Below are positions 7,871 to 16,976 of a stretch of DNA of 64,000 bases, in pieces. The stretch is from Rhodothermales bacterium. Lineage in GTDB: Bacteria; Bacteroidota; Rhodothermia; Rhodothermales; JANQRZ01. The DNA lies in the NCBI GenBank assembly GCA_965215165.1, contig CBDCCX010000006.1, positions 174,831 to 238,830 on the forward strand. Direction: 5' to 3'. The position numbers were made by a program, and so were the translations under genes. The notes under the pieces are model-generated. The model saw nothing but the letters and a program-made list of their open reading frames with translations. It was not told the origin of the DNA and did no database searches. Each line of letters begins with the position of its first letter. Position 1 is the first letter of the stretch.

Positions 7871-9946
7871 ATGGAAACCTCGGTTCGCCTCATCTTGCTG
7901 CTGCCGCTCTTCGGGGCCGCGATCAACGGCCTGATGGGGCTGTTCGCCCCGGCCTACCGGCGGCAGGAGACGGTCATCGGCGTGCTCGGGACGCTCGCCG
8001 TGGCGGTCCCGTTCGTGCTGACGGTGCTGCTGTTCCTGGGCGAAGGCCACGGCGCGCACGTCGTCCGCACCTACACCTGGATGGCGGCGGGCGACTTCTC
8101 GGTGTCGTTCGACTACCGGGTCGACCCGCTCTCGCTGCTGATGACGCTCATCGTCACCGGCATCGGGAGCCTGATCCACCTCTACTCGGCGGGCTACATG
8201 AAGGGCGACACGGGGTACTGGCGGTTCTTCGCCTACCTCAACCTCTTCATCTTCGCGATGCTCAACCTGGTGCTCGCCGACAACCTGCCGGTGCTCTTCC
8301 TCGGGTGGGAGGGCGTCGGGCTGTGCTCCTACCTGCTGATCGGGTTTTGGTACACCGACCTGAAGAACTCGGCCGCCGCCAACAAGGCGTTCATCGTCAA
8401 CCGCATCGGCGACTTCGCCTTCCTCCTGGCGATGTTCCTGCTGTATAGGGCCTACACCGCCGCCGGCGTGACGCCGTTCGGGCTGGACTTCGGGACGATG
8501 TTCGAGAACATGGAGGTGCTGACCGCCGGGACGATCACGGTCGTCGTCCTGCTGCTCTTCATCGGCGCGACGGGCAAGAGCGCCCAAATCCCGCTCTTCG
8601 TCTGGCTCCCCGACGCGATGGCCGGCCCGACGCCCGTCTCGGCGCTGATCCACGCCGCGACGATGGTCACCTCGGGCCTCTACCTCCTCGCTCGCCTCTC
8701 GCCGATGGTGCTCGAAGCGCCCGGCGTGATGATCCTCATCGCCTTCGTCGGGGCCGTCACGGCGATCATGGCGGCGACGATTGCGATCACCCAGAACGAC
8801 ATCAAGAAGGTGCTCGCGTACTCGACCGTGTCGCAGCTCGGGTACATGTTCGTCGCGGCCGGCGTCGGGGCGTTCTTCGTCGCCATCTTCCACGTGATGA
8901 CGCACGCCTTCTTCAAAGCCTGCCTCTTCCTCGGCTCCGGGTCGGTGATCCACTCGATGCACCACGTCGAGCACGAGCTACAGCACAAGGGCGTCCTGCC
9001 GGGCCACCCCGAACCGGGCACGCCACACGACGACGAGGCGCACGCAAATACGCTCCGCAACGATCCGCTGCCCTACGACGGGGCCTTCGATGCGCAGGAC
9101 ATGCGGACGATGGGCGGCCTCCGCAAGCACATGCCGATCACGGCGATCACGTTCCTGATCTCGACTCTCGCCATCGCAGGCATCCCGCCGCTGGCCGGGT
9201 TCTTCTCGAAGGACGAGATCCTGTTCAAGGCGTTCGAGCTCGGGTACGACGGGCACTTCTGGGCCTACATCGTCTGGGGCATCGGGATCGTGACGGCGCT
9301 GCTAACGGCGGTCTACATGACGCGTGCCTACGTGCTGACCTTCGAGGGCCGGGAGCGCTGGCCGCACGCGCTGGACGTCAAGCCGCACGAGAGCCCGTGG
9401 CAGATGACCGTCCCGCTCGTGATCCTCGCCATCGGTGCCCTCGCGGGTGGCTTCCTCGGGCTGCCGGCCGTCCTGGGTGAGAGCTGGATCCACCACTACC
9501 TCGGCGCGGCCTACGGTGGGCCGGTCGCCGAGGCCGAGGCGGTCCACCACGTCTCGCACGGGATCGAGTGGGCGCTGCTCGGGCTGGGCGCGGCCATCGC
9601 CGTCATCGGGGTGCTCGTGGCCTACTTCAGCTACCGCACGAGCGGCGTGCAGACCGACCGCACGGTCCGCCGCAAGCTCGGCGCGGTCTACACGCTCCTC
9701 GCCAACAAGTATTTCGTCGACGAAGCCTACGACGCGGCCGTCGTCAAACCGATCACCGAAGGCTCGCGCCGCGGCCTCGCGCCGTTCGACGAACGCGTGG
9801 TCGATGGGACGGTGAACAACCTCGCCAAGTCGGTGCGCGGGCTGAGCGGCTGGGGACGCGGGATGCAGACGGGCGTCGTGCAGAACTACGCGCTCGCGGT
9901 CGTGCTCGGCGTCGTCGTGGTCGTGGCCTTGATGATTTTCGTCTGA
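7871..9946 (+). CDS. nuoL: NADH-quinone oxidoreductase subunit L
   Basis: 691 aa. Antiporter-like subunit blocks are present (WEGVGLCSYLLIGFWY, GKSAQIPLFVWLPDAMAGPTPVSALIHAATMV). Lies in nuo gene order. Confidence 0.9.
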   Translation: METSVRLILLLPLFGAAINGLMGLFAPAYRRQETVIGVLGTLAVAVPFVLTVLLFLGEGHGAHVVRTYTWMAAGDFSVSFDYRVDPLSLLMTLIVTGIGSLIHLYSAGYMKGDTGYWRFFAYLNLFIFAMLNLVLADNLPVLFLGWEGVGLCSYLLIGFWYTDLKNSAAANKAFIVNRIGDFAFLLAMFLLYRAYTAAGVTPFGLDFGTMFENMEVLTAGTITVVVLLLFIGATGKSAQIPLFVWLPDAMAGPTPVSALIHAATMVTSGLYLLARLSPMVLEAPGVMILIAFVGAVTAIMAATIAITQNDIKKVLAYSTVSQLGYMFVAAGVGAFFVAIFHVMTHAFFKACLFLGSGSVIHSMHHVEHELQHKGVLPGHPEPGTPHDDEAHANTLRNDPLPYDGAFDAQDMRTMGGLRKHMPITAITFLISTLAIAGIPPLAGFFSKDEILFKAFELGYDGHFWAYIVWGIGIVTALLTAVYMTRAYVLTFEGRERWPHALDVKPHESPWQMTVPLVILAIGALAGGFLGLPAVLGESWIHHYLGAAYGGPVAEAEAVHHVSHGIEWALLGLGAAIAVIGVLVAYFSYRTSGVQTDRTVRRKLGAVYTLLANKYFVDEAYDAAVVKPITEGSRRGLAPFDERVVDGTVNNLAKSVRGLSGWGRGMQTGVVQNYALAVVLGVVVVVALMIFV

Positions 9947-9962
9947 CCTGAGGCATCACCCC

Positions 9963-9990
9963 GTACGGGCAATCGGCCGGTCGCCCCTAC
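9963..9990. repeat. REP-like palindrome copy (GTACGGGCAATCGGCCGGTCGCCCCTAC)
   Basis: Lies in the nuoL-nuoM gap. The right arm is identical to the 11599 copy; the left arm is degenerate. Confidence 0.6.
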
Positions 9991-10015
9991 CCGTCGTCCA
10001 ACCCCCAACCTCTCG

Positions 10016-11602
10016 ATGGACCTCTTCGCTGGCCTCCCACACCTCGTCTCGCTCGTGATCTTCCTGCCGGCGCTCGGCGCGCTCGCCGTGCTCCTCGCGC
10101 CGAGCGACAGCGCGGTGCGCTGGGTCTCGCTCGGCGTGACGGCGCTCACGTTCGTCGTCTCGCTCGGCCTGTGGGCGGGCTTCGATCCGGGCATCTCGAC
10201 GGCCGACGCGCCCCAGCTCGCCGAGGCGGCGCGGTGGTTTCCAGGCGTCGACATCAGCTACCTCGTCGGGGTCGACGGGCTGAACCTGCTGCTGCTGCTG
10301 CTGACCACGCTCCTGGGGCCGATCGTCGTGCTCTCGTCGTGGACCTACATCGGCAAGCACGTCAAAGGCTACTACGCGCTCCTGCTGATCCTCGAGACCG
10401 GCGTGCTCGGCGTCTTCGCCTCGTTCGACCTCTTCCTGTTCTACATCTTCTTCGAGCTGACGCTGATCCCGATGTACTTCATCATCGGCATCTGGGGCGG
10501 CGAGAACAGGATCTACGCCGCCGTCAAGTTCGTGATCTACACGCTCTTCGGCTCCCTCCTGATGCTGGTCGGGCTGCTGTGGCTCGGCTTCGCGGCGGGC
10601 GACGCGGTCAACGGCGGGGTCTTCACGACCAACTGGTACAAGCTCGTCTCGTTCGGCATCCCGCTCGGGTCGCAGACGTGGCTGTTCCTGCTCTTCGCGC
10701 TCGCCTTCTGCATCAAGGTCCCGCTCTTCCCGTTCCACACCTGGCTCCCCGACGCCCACGTGCAGGCCCCGACCGGCGGCTCGGTGGTGCTGGCCGGCGT
10801 GCTGCTCAAGATGGGGACCTACGGCCTGGTCCGCTTCTGCCTGCCCTTCTTCCCGAACGCCGCCCAGACCTTCGCGTGGCCGATTGCGATTCTGGCGCTC
10901 ATCGGGATCGTCTACGGCGCGCTCGTGGCGTACGCCCAAGAGGACGCCAAGAAGCTCGTCGCCTACTCGTCGGTGGCGCACCTCGGGTTCGTGGTGCTCG
11001 GCATCTTCGCCTTCACGACGGAGGCGCTCCAGGGCGCGATGATTCAGATGGTCAACCACGGCATCTCGACCGGCGCGCTGTTCCTGATCATCGGGATGCT
11101 CTACGAGCGGCGGCACACGCGCCTGATGGCCGACTACGGCGGCCTCGCCAAGTCCGTCCCGATCCTGACGTTCTTTATGGTCTTCAGCGTGCTGGCGTCG
11201 GTCGGGCTGCCGGGGCTGAACGGGTTCGTAGGCGAGTTCCTGATCCTGCTCGGGACCTTCAAGAGCAACGTCATCGGCGGCTGGGTGGTGACGGCGATTG
11301 CGACGAGCGGGGTCATCTTCGCGGCGGTCTACCTCTTGACGATGCTCTACAAGACGTTCTACGGGCCGCTCGACAAGCCCGAGAACGCGGCGATGCCGGA
11401 CCTCAACGGGCGCGAGATCGGCCTCTTGGTCCCGCTCGTGGTGCTTATGTTCTGGCTCGGCTTCGGGCCGGCCCCGTTCCTGGCGACGAGCGAGCCGGCG
11501 GTGCGCGACCTGCTGGAGACCGTCGAGACCAAACGCCTCGCCGCGATCGAGGCCGACCGCGAGGCCGTCGCCGTTCTGCCCGTGCCGAGCACGACGCCGT
11601 AG
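10016..11602 (+). CDS. nuoM: NADH-quinone oxidoreductase subunit M
   Basis: 528 aa. PLFPFHTWLPDAHVQAPTGGSVVLAGVLLKMGTYG is the NuoM/ND4 signature. Its TAG stop lies inside the palindrome at 11599-11626. Confidence 0.9.
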   Translation: MDLFAGLPHLVSLVIFLPALGALAVLLAPSDSAVRWVSLGVTALTFVVSLGLWAGFDPGISTADAPQLAEAARWFPGVDISYLVGVDGLNLLLLLLTTLLGPIVVLSSWTYIGKHVKGYYALLLILETGVLGVFASFDLFLFYIFFELTLIPMYFIIGIWGGENRIYAAVKFVIYTLFGSLLMLVGLLWLGFAAGDAVNGGVFTTNWYKLVSFGIPLGSQTWLFLLFALAFCIKVPLFPFHTWLPDAHVQAPTGGSVVLAGVLLKMGTYGLVRFCLPFFPNAAQTFAWPIAILALIGIVYGALVAYAQEDAKKLVAYSSVAHLGFVVLGIFAFTTEALQGAMIQMVNHGISTGALFLIIGMLYERRHTRLMADYGGLAKSVPILTFFMVFSVLASVGLPGLNGFVGEFLILLGTFKSNVIGGWVVTAIATSGVIFAAVYLLTMLYKTFYGPLDKPENAAMPDLNGREIGLLVPLVVLMFWLGFGPAPFLATSEPAVRDLLETVETKRLAAIEADREAVAVLPVPSTTP

Positions 11603-11626
11603 GGGCGACCGGCCGGTCGCCCCTAC
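11599..11626. repeat. REP-like perfect 28-bp palindrome GTAGGGGCGACCGGCCGGTCGCCCCTAC
   Basis: Perfectly self-complementary. Contains the nuoM stop codon at 11600-11602. Confidence 0.8.
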
Positions 11627-11650
11627 TACCATCACCCCATCTCACCCGCC

Positions 11651-13222
11651 ATGTACTCTCCCCTGAGCCTGCTTCGCCTTCTGCTCGTTGCGCTGCTGGT
11701 CGGCGCGGTCGCCGTGCCCGCACAGGCGCAGGTGGGGGAGACCGAGGAGGGCGTGCTCCAGGAGGAGCCGGTGGCCGACCCCGAGACGGAGCTGGGCTTG
11801 GAGGAGCCGGACGCCGCCGAAGAGGAAGCGATACAGGACGAGGCGGAGGCGCACGGGGAGGGCGAAGAGCACGGCGACGGGCACGGCGCGCCGCCGCCGA
11901 TCTGGCTCGTGCTCCCGTTCGCGGCGCTGCTCTTGATGATCGCTACGGGGCCGCTGTTCTACCTCCACCACTGGCACCACCACTACCCGAAGTACGCCCT
12001 CGCCTTCGGGGTCTTCGTGGCGGGGTACTACCTCTTCGTGCTCCACTCGCCGACCCCGATGGTCCACGCGCTGCAGGAGTACATCGCGTTCATCGCGCTC
12101 GTCGGCTCGCTCTTCGTCGCCTCCTCGGGCATCTTTATCAACGTCAACGCGAAGGGGACGCCGCTGGCCAACGTGGTGCTGCTGCTGGTCGGGGCCGTCG
12201 TGGCGAACCTGATCGCGACGACCGGCGCGGCCATCCTGTTCATCCGCCCGTTCCTGCGGCTCAACCAGGGGCGGCTGCGGCCCTACCACATCGTTTTCTT
12301 CATCTTCCTCGTGGCGAACGTCGGCGGCGGGCTGACGCCCATCGGCGACCCGCCGCTCTTCCTCGGCTTCCTGCGCGGCGTGCCGTTCTTCTGGCCGATG
12401 CTCCACGTCTTCCACATCTGGCTCCCGACGGTCGCCATCCTGCTGGGCATCTTCTACGTTCTCGACAAGCGCAACAAGGCCGTCAGCACGGCGACGGTCG
12501 ATCCGGACGCAGGCACGTTCTCGATCATCGGCAAGAAGAACTTCGTCTTCGTCGCCATCATCATCGGCAGCGTGTTCCTTGACCCCGGCGTGCTCGACTG
12601 GGTGCCGCGCCTCGACATCGGCGACATCCACATGCCGTTCGGCATCCGCGAGGTCATCATGCTCGGCGTCATGTTCGCCGCCTACAAGCTCGGCGACAAG
12701 GTGGCGCTCCAGAAGAACGAGTTCACCTTCGAGCCGATCCGGGAGGTGGGCTGGCTCTTCCTCGGCATCTTCGCCACGATGCAGCCCGCGCTCAGCCTGA
12801 TCTCGTCGTTTGCCCGCGACCACGCCGACGACCTCTCGCAGACCTCGTTCTACTGGGGCACGGGCATCCTCTCCGGCGTGCTCGACAACGCGCCGACCTA
12901 CCTCAACTTCCTCGCCGCCTCGATGGGCAAGTTCGGCCTCAACGTCGACGACCCCGCCGCCGTGCAGGCGTTCGCCAACGGCATCACCCCGTTCGGGCAA
13001 GAGACGCTGATCTATCTGGAGGCGATCTCGGTGGCGGCCGTGTTCTTCGGCGCGCTGACCTACATCGGCAACGCCCCGAACTTCATGGTCAAGGCCATCT
13101 GCGAGGCGAACGGCGCGGACGCCCCGACCTTTGGCGGCTACATCGCCAAGTATTCCGTCCCGATCCTGATCCCGGTCTACGCCATCGTCTGGTTCGTCTT
13201 CATCAGCGGCTACGTCGTTTGA
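11651..13222 (+). CDS. nhaD: NhaD/ArsB-superfamily Na+/H+ antiporter-like membrane protein with an acidic/His-rich N-terminal region
   Basis: 523 aa and polytopic. Signal-like N-terminus, then EAHGEGEEHGDGHG. The family call rests on overall resemblance and on the nuoM-nhaD-pcd-nuoN context reported for Rhodothermus marinus complex I genes. Confidence 0.6.
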   Translation: MYSPLSLLRLLLVALLVGAVAVPAQAQVGETEEGVLQEEPVADPETELGLEEPDAAEEEAIQDEAEAHGEGEEHGDGHGAPPPIWLVLPFAALLLMIATGPLFYLHHWHHHYPKYALAFGVFVAGYYLFVLHSPTPMVHALQEYIAFIALVGSLFVASSGIFINVNAKGTPLANVVLLLVGAVVANLIATTGAAILFIRPFLRLNQGRLRPYHIVFFIFLVANVGGGLTPIGDPPLFLGFLRGVPFFWPMLHVFHIWLPTVAILLGIFYVLDKRNKAVSTATVDPDAGTFSIIGKKNFVFVAIIIGSVFLDPGVLDWVPRLDIGDIHMPFGIREVIMLGVMFAAYKLGDKVALQKNEFTFEPIREVGWLFLGIFATMQPALSLISSFARDHADDLSQTSFYWGTGILSGVLDNAPTYLNFLAASMGKFGLNVDDPAAVQAFANGITPFGQETLIYLEAISVAAVFFGALTYIGNAPNFMVKAICEANGADAPTFGGYIAKYSVPILIPVYAIVWFVFISGYVV

Positions 13223-13244
13223 ACGCTATGAGTCTTTGAACGCT

Positions 13245-13535
13245 ATGAGTGACCGCGCGCCTCTGTCCGACGATGCTGTTCGCGACGCCCTCAGCGGGCT
13301 GCCGGGCTGGGCGCACCGAGACAACGCGCTTGCCAAGACCTTCACCTTCGACGACTTCCGCGCGGCGCTCGCCTTCATCGTCCGGCTCGGGTTCGAAGCT
13401 GAACAGCGCGACCACCACCCAAACCTGGCGAACGTCTATAACCGCGTCGAGATCGCCCTCACCACGCACGATGCCGGCAACCGGGTGACCCCAAAGGACG
13501 TGGACCTGGCGAAAGCGATAGAAGCGCTTGGTTAG
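13245..13535 (+). CDS. pcd: Pterin-4-alpha-carbinolamine dehydratase
   Basis: FTFDDFRAALAFIVRLGFEAEQRDHHPNLANVYNRVEIALTTHDAG is the classic PCD/DCoH core. ATG 13245 is preferred; TTG 13236 is the ORF-track start. Confidence 0.85.
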   Translation: MSDRAPLSDDAVRDALSGLPGWAHRDNALAKTFTFDDFRAALAFIVRLGFEAEQRDHHPNLANVYNRVEIALTTHDAGNRVTPKDVDLAKAIEALG

Positions 13536-13619
13536 TGGATAGTTGGTAGTGGATAGTCGTCTGTTTCCACACTCCGCTACTAATAACTCACCACTAACAA
13601 CTCACCACTGACTACCCCC
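13536..13619 (+). repeat. Word-hairpin intercistronic element, CCACTAAC family
   Basis: GTTAGTGGATAGTTGGTAGTGGATAG on the left faces CTACTAATAACTCACCACTAACAACTCACCACTGACTAC on the right. It ends at the nuoN ATG. Confidence 0.45.
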
Positions 13620-15101
13620 ATGTACGCTTCTCTCTTCTCTGACCTTGGTGCCGTTTTCCCGACGGTGCTCGTCGCGGTGCTCGGCGTCGTGGTCGTGCTC
13701 TACGACTCGTTCCGCAACGACGCGCCGGAGATCCCGTGGATCACGGCCGTCACCCTGGCCGTGGCGCTCGTCGTCGAGTTTCTGCGGCTCGGCGCGCCGG
13801 GCGACCCGGTGCTCTGGGGGCAGCTCTACGCGGGCGGGTTCGCGTCCTACGTCAACGCCGTCATCCTGCTCGGCGCGCTCGCAAGCGTGGTCCTCTCGGT
13901 GCCGTACCTGGCGCGGATCGGGCGCAACTACGGCGAGGTCCACGCCCTCATCCTCTTCGCCACGACGGGCATGATGGTGCTCGCGTCGTCGGCGAGCCTG
14001 GTGAGCGTCTTCGTTGGGCTCGAGACCATGTCGATCTGCCTCTACGTGCTCACTGGCCTCGTCCGCGAGGAACCGACGGCCAACGAGAGCGCCCTGAAGT
14101 ATTTCCTCTTGGGCGCGTTCTCGACCGGGTTCTTCCTCTACGGCATCGCCCTGCTCTACGGCGCGACCGGGACCTTTGTACTGGCCGAGATGCCGGCCGC
14201 GCTCCTCGTCACCGGCCGCACCGGGTTCATGACCGCCGGGCTGGGCCTGCTGCTGATCGGGTTCTTCTTCAAGGTCTCGGCGGTCCCGTTCCACATGTGG
14301 ACGCCGGACGTCTACCAAGGCGCGCCGACGACGATCACCGGCTTCATGTCGACCACCTCGAAGGCGGCGGCGTTCGCGGCGCTGATCCTGGTGCTCTCGG
14401 TCGGGATGATCGACCCCATGCTGGTCGAGCGGTGGACGGTCGTGCTAGCGGCGGTCGCGGCGGTGACGATGATCCTGGGCAACGTCCTCGCCATCAGTCA
14501 GACGAACGTCAAGCGGATGCTGGCCTACTCGTCGGTGGCGCACGCGGGCTACGTGCTGACCGGCCTCGCCACCGGCAGCGCCGAGGGCTACAGCGGCGCG
14601 CTCTACTACCTGCTGGCCTACACGCTGATGAACCTCGGCGCGTTCGGCGTGATGGCGGCGCTCGAGTGGGACGACGAGCAGGGGGCCGAGCAGACGCTCG
14701 ACTCGCTCGCCGGCGTTGGCTACCGCAAGCCGGTCCTCGGGGTGACGATGGGCGTCTTCATGTTCGCCCTCACCGGCTTCCCGCCGCTCGCGGGGTTCAT
14801 CGGCAAGTACATGGTCTTCGCCGCGGCCGTGGAGTCGGGCATGACGTGGCTGGCGTTCGTGGGCGTCGTGGCGAGCATCATCTCGGCGTTCTACTACCTC
14901 CGCGTGCTCGTGGCCTTCTGGATGCGCTCGGAGGACGAGAGCACGGACCGGGTTCGGGCCTCGGCGTTTCCAGTCTCGGCGCTCACGGCGGTCGTGCTCA
15001 TCGGCTGCGCCGTGGCGCTGTTGTTCTTCGGCGTGCTGCCGGGCAGCGTGCTGGAGACGACGCAGGCGTTCTTCGTGGACGCGGTTGTGGCAGGGAGATG
15101 A
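13620..15101 (+). CDS. nuoN: NADH-quinone oxidoreductase subunit N
   Basis: 493 aa. FKVSAVPFHMWTPDVYQGAPTTITGFMST is the NuoN/ND2 signature. Confidence 0.9.
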   Translation: MYASLFSDLGAVFPTVLVAVLGVVVVLYDSFRNDAPEIPWITAVTLAVALVVEFLRLGAPGDPVLWGQLYAGGFASYVNAVILLGALASVVLSVPYLARIGRNYGEVHALILFATTGMMVLASSASLVSVFVGLETMSICLYVLTGLVREEPTANESALKYFLLGAFSTGFFLYGIALLYGATGTFVLAEMPAALLVTGRTGFMTAGLGLLLIGFFFKVSAVPFHMWTPDVYQGAPTTITGFMSTTSKAAAFAALILVLSVGMIDPMLVERWTVVLAAVAAVTMILGNVLAISQTNVKRMLAYSSVAHAGYVLTGLATGSAEGYSGALYYLLAYTLMNLGAFGVMAALEWDDEQGAEQTLDSLAGVGYRKPVLGVTMGVFMFALTGFPPLAGFIGKYMVFAAAVESGMTWLAFVGVVASIISAFYYLRVLVAFWMRSEDESTDRVRASAFPVSALTAVVLIGCAVALLFFGVLPGSVLETTQAFFVDAVVAGR

Positions 15102-15177
15102 TGGTGCTGGTTCCTCGTTTCTCGTTGGGCACAATCGGTCGTTCCTGCTGAACTAGAAACTACAGACCAGAAACCCA
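15102..15177 (+). repeat. Word-hairpin element, GAAACCAG family
   Basis: CTGGTTCCTCGTTTCTCGTT on the left faces AACTAGAAACTACAGACCAGAAACC on the right. It ends at ATG 15178. Confidence 0.4.
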
Positions 15178-15759
15178 ATGCAGGACCTCCTCCACGAGTA
15201 CCTCCCGCGGGCTCCGCAGCACGGGCTCTACCGCGCTCCGTCGATCCCGGCCGACAAGCTCGGCGCAGCGATCCGGGACTACGCGCCGCAGATCGACCCG
15301 AAGGCGGTGCTCGCGCTCTACGACGCGACCCGCCTCGGCTCGGCGAAAGACGGCGCGCTGTTTCTCGCCGACCGGCTCGTCTACCAGAACAACGACCTCA
15401 CGCCCGCGCAGACGATCCGCTACGAGGACATCGTCCGGGTCTCGGAGAAGCGGGCGTTTCTCGGCGGACGGAAGGTTGAGCTGGACGTCAACCAGGGCCG
15501 GGCGACGACGACGCACGCGCTCGACTTCTCCGGCCGCGCCGACGCCGCCGAGTTCGTCGCCCGGTTCCTCAACGAGGCCATGCTCGCCTCCGCCCGCGCC
15601 GACGCCGGTGCCGACGCCGGTGCCGAGCGCTTCCCGGCGGAGCAGCCGGACGGCAGCACCGACGTCGAAGCGGTGCAACGCGCGCTCGCCGATCTCCGCG
15701 CCGCCGGCACCCTCGCCGAGGCCGACTACCGACGGTTGCTCGAGGCGCTCCGGGCGTAG
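15178..15759 (+). CDS. Hypothetical protein (PH-like N-terminal part, SHOCT-like C-terminus?)
   Basis: 193-aa ORF with plausible composition. The C-terminal TDVEAVQRALADLRAAGTLAEADYRRLLEAL resembles a SHOCT motif. Its TAG stop lies in the REP variant at 15756-15783. Confidence 0.55.
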   Translation: MQDLLHEYLPRAPQHGLYRAPSIPADKLGAAIRDYAPQIDPKAVLALYDATRLGSAKDGALFLADRLVYQNNDLTPAQTIRYEDIVRVSEKRAFLGGRKVELDVNQGRATTTHALDFSGRADAAEFVARFLNEAMLASARADAGADAGAERFPAEQPDGSTDVEAVQRALADLRAAGTLAEADYRRLLEALRA

Positions 15760-15783
15760 GGGCGAACGGCCGTTCGCCCCGTC
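15756..15783. repeat. REP-like palindrome variant GTAGGGGCGAACGGCCGTTCGCCCCGTC
   Basis: The arms stay complementary after paired changes (GAAC/GTTC instead of GACC/GGTC). Confidence 0.65.
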
Positions 15784-15818
15784 CGGGCTGACACCGTTCT
15801 GTTGAACGTTTCGCGGGG

Positions 15819-16547
15819 TTATTCCCGCGTGCAGGCCAGCACGGCGAGGTCCACCGTAGCGCCGTCGGCGCGCAGAGGAGCCGCGGCCGACACCACTGTC
15901 GCGCCCGTCGTGAACACGTCGTCCACCAAGAGGACGCGCTGCCCGGCCGTAGCTGGAGTCTCGTTCAGCCCGAACGCCCCCTCGACGTTTTGCCAGCGGG
16001 CGGATTGAGAGAGGGCCGTCTGCGAGCGCGTCGGCCGGGTTCGCGTCAGCAGGTCGGAGCGGAGCGGGACGCCGAGCGTCTCGGCGATGCCGGCGGCGAG
16101 GCGCTCGCTCTGGTTGTAGCCGCGCTCCAGGCGGCGCGGGCGGTGCAGCGGCACCGGCACGATCAGGTCCGGCAGAGGCAGCTCCTGGTCTCGCCACGCT
16201 TCGCCGACGAGCCGACCGAGTTTGAGGCCGAGGGTCGGGCGGTTGCCGTACTTGAGGGCGTGCTGGATCTGCTGGAGCGCGCCCGCCTCGTCGAAGAGCC
16301 AGAGCGCGAAAGCGTGCCCGAAGCCAGCGTTCGGGAGCCGGCTCAGGCGGGGGTCGAGCGTCTCGCGGCCGGCGCGCGGGAGGCGGCGCAGACACGCCGG
16401 GCAGAGCGGGAGCGAGGAGGCGTCGCTCGGCAACCGAGCCTCGCAGCCGAGGCAGAGGGGCGGATAGAGCACGCCGACGAGCGACCGGGCGAGACGCCGG
16501 AGCAGCAGGCTCGGTCCGGCGGTGGCCTTCACGGGTTTTTCCTCCAT
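15819..16547 (-). CDS. comF: ComF family phosphoribosyltransferase-domain protein
   Basis: N-terminal double CxxC (YPPLCLGCEARL...LPLCPACLRRL), PVPLHRPRRLERGYNQSE, and the PRTase motif VLLVDDVFTTGATV. Start taken at ATG 16547. Confidence 0.75.
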   Translation of the reverse strand: MEEKPVKATAGPSLLLRRLARSLVGVLYPPLCLGCEARLPSDASSLPLCPACLRRLPRAGRETLDPRLSRLPNAGFGHAFALWLFDEAGALQQIQHALKYGNRPTLGLKLGRLVGEAWRDQELPLPDLIVPVPLHRPRRLERGYNQSERLAAGIAETLGVPLRSDLLTRTRPTRSQTALSQSARWQNVEGAFGLNETPATAGQRVLLVDDVFTTGATVVSAAAPLRADGATVDLAVLACTRE

Positions 16548-16655
16548 CTCGCAGACCGTCTTCGGGCCGGGGGGCAGGGGCAGGGATATCTTAATCCTAC
16601 GATGCAGGACCCGCTTCCTGCAACTCTCTTTGCAGCTCCCCGACCCCGACGCGCT

Positions 16656-16886
16656 ATGGCCCGAGACCGACGCGGCATGCTCATCAAGAACCTCTCCGAG
16701 CGACCGCTCACGATCCGCATGGCGGCGCGAACCCTCGACCTCGGGGCCGGCGAGGAGACGGCCGTCACGGCCGAGGAGGTGCGCGACAGCGTGCTCCGCG
16801 AGCACTTGCAGATCCGCACCATCGCCGTCGTCCGCCCGACGACGAGCGAGGAGAACGAGCAGCTCGAGCAGGACCTGGCGGGGTAG
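16656..16886 (+). CDS. Small hypothetical protein (76 aa)
   Basis: The ATG-initiated tail of a longer ORF-track entry (MARDRRGMLIKNLSERPLTIRM...). Divergent from comF. No family recognised. Confidence 0.35.
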   Translation: MARDRRGMLIKNLSERPLTIRMAARTLDLGAGEETAVTAEEVRDSVLREHLQIRTIAVVRPTTSEENEQLEQDLAG

Positions 16887-16976
16887 GGCGTTTCTGGTTT
16901 ATAATTTCTCGTTTCTGGTTTGTTGAGAATGGCCGGTGTGCCAGCTAGAAACCAGAGCCCATAAACGAGAAACCGG
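16887..16976 (+). repeat. Word-hairpin element, GAAACCAG family
   Basis: TTTCTCGTTT-CTGGTTT on the left is complementary to AAACCAG...AAACGAGAAA on the right, giving nested 7+10 bp stems. It ends at ATG 16977. Confidence 0.45.

Noticed and set aside
9956-12582. Long ORFs 9956-11635 (minus, 559 aa) and 10171-12582 (plus, 803 aa)
   Set aside because: They are antisense or alternate-frame shadows of nuoM and nhaD. Their composition is extreme in Arg/Pro/Gly/Asp, and they contain no recognisable domains. The nuoM and nhaD frames have clear family signatures.
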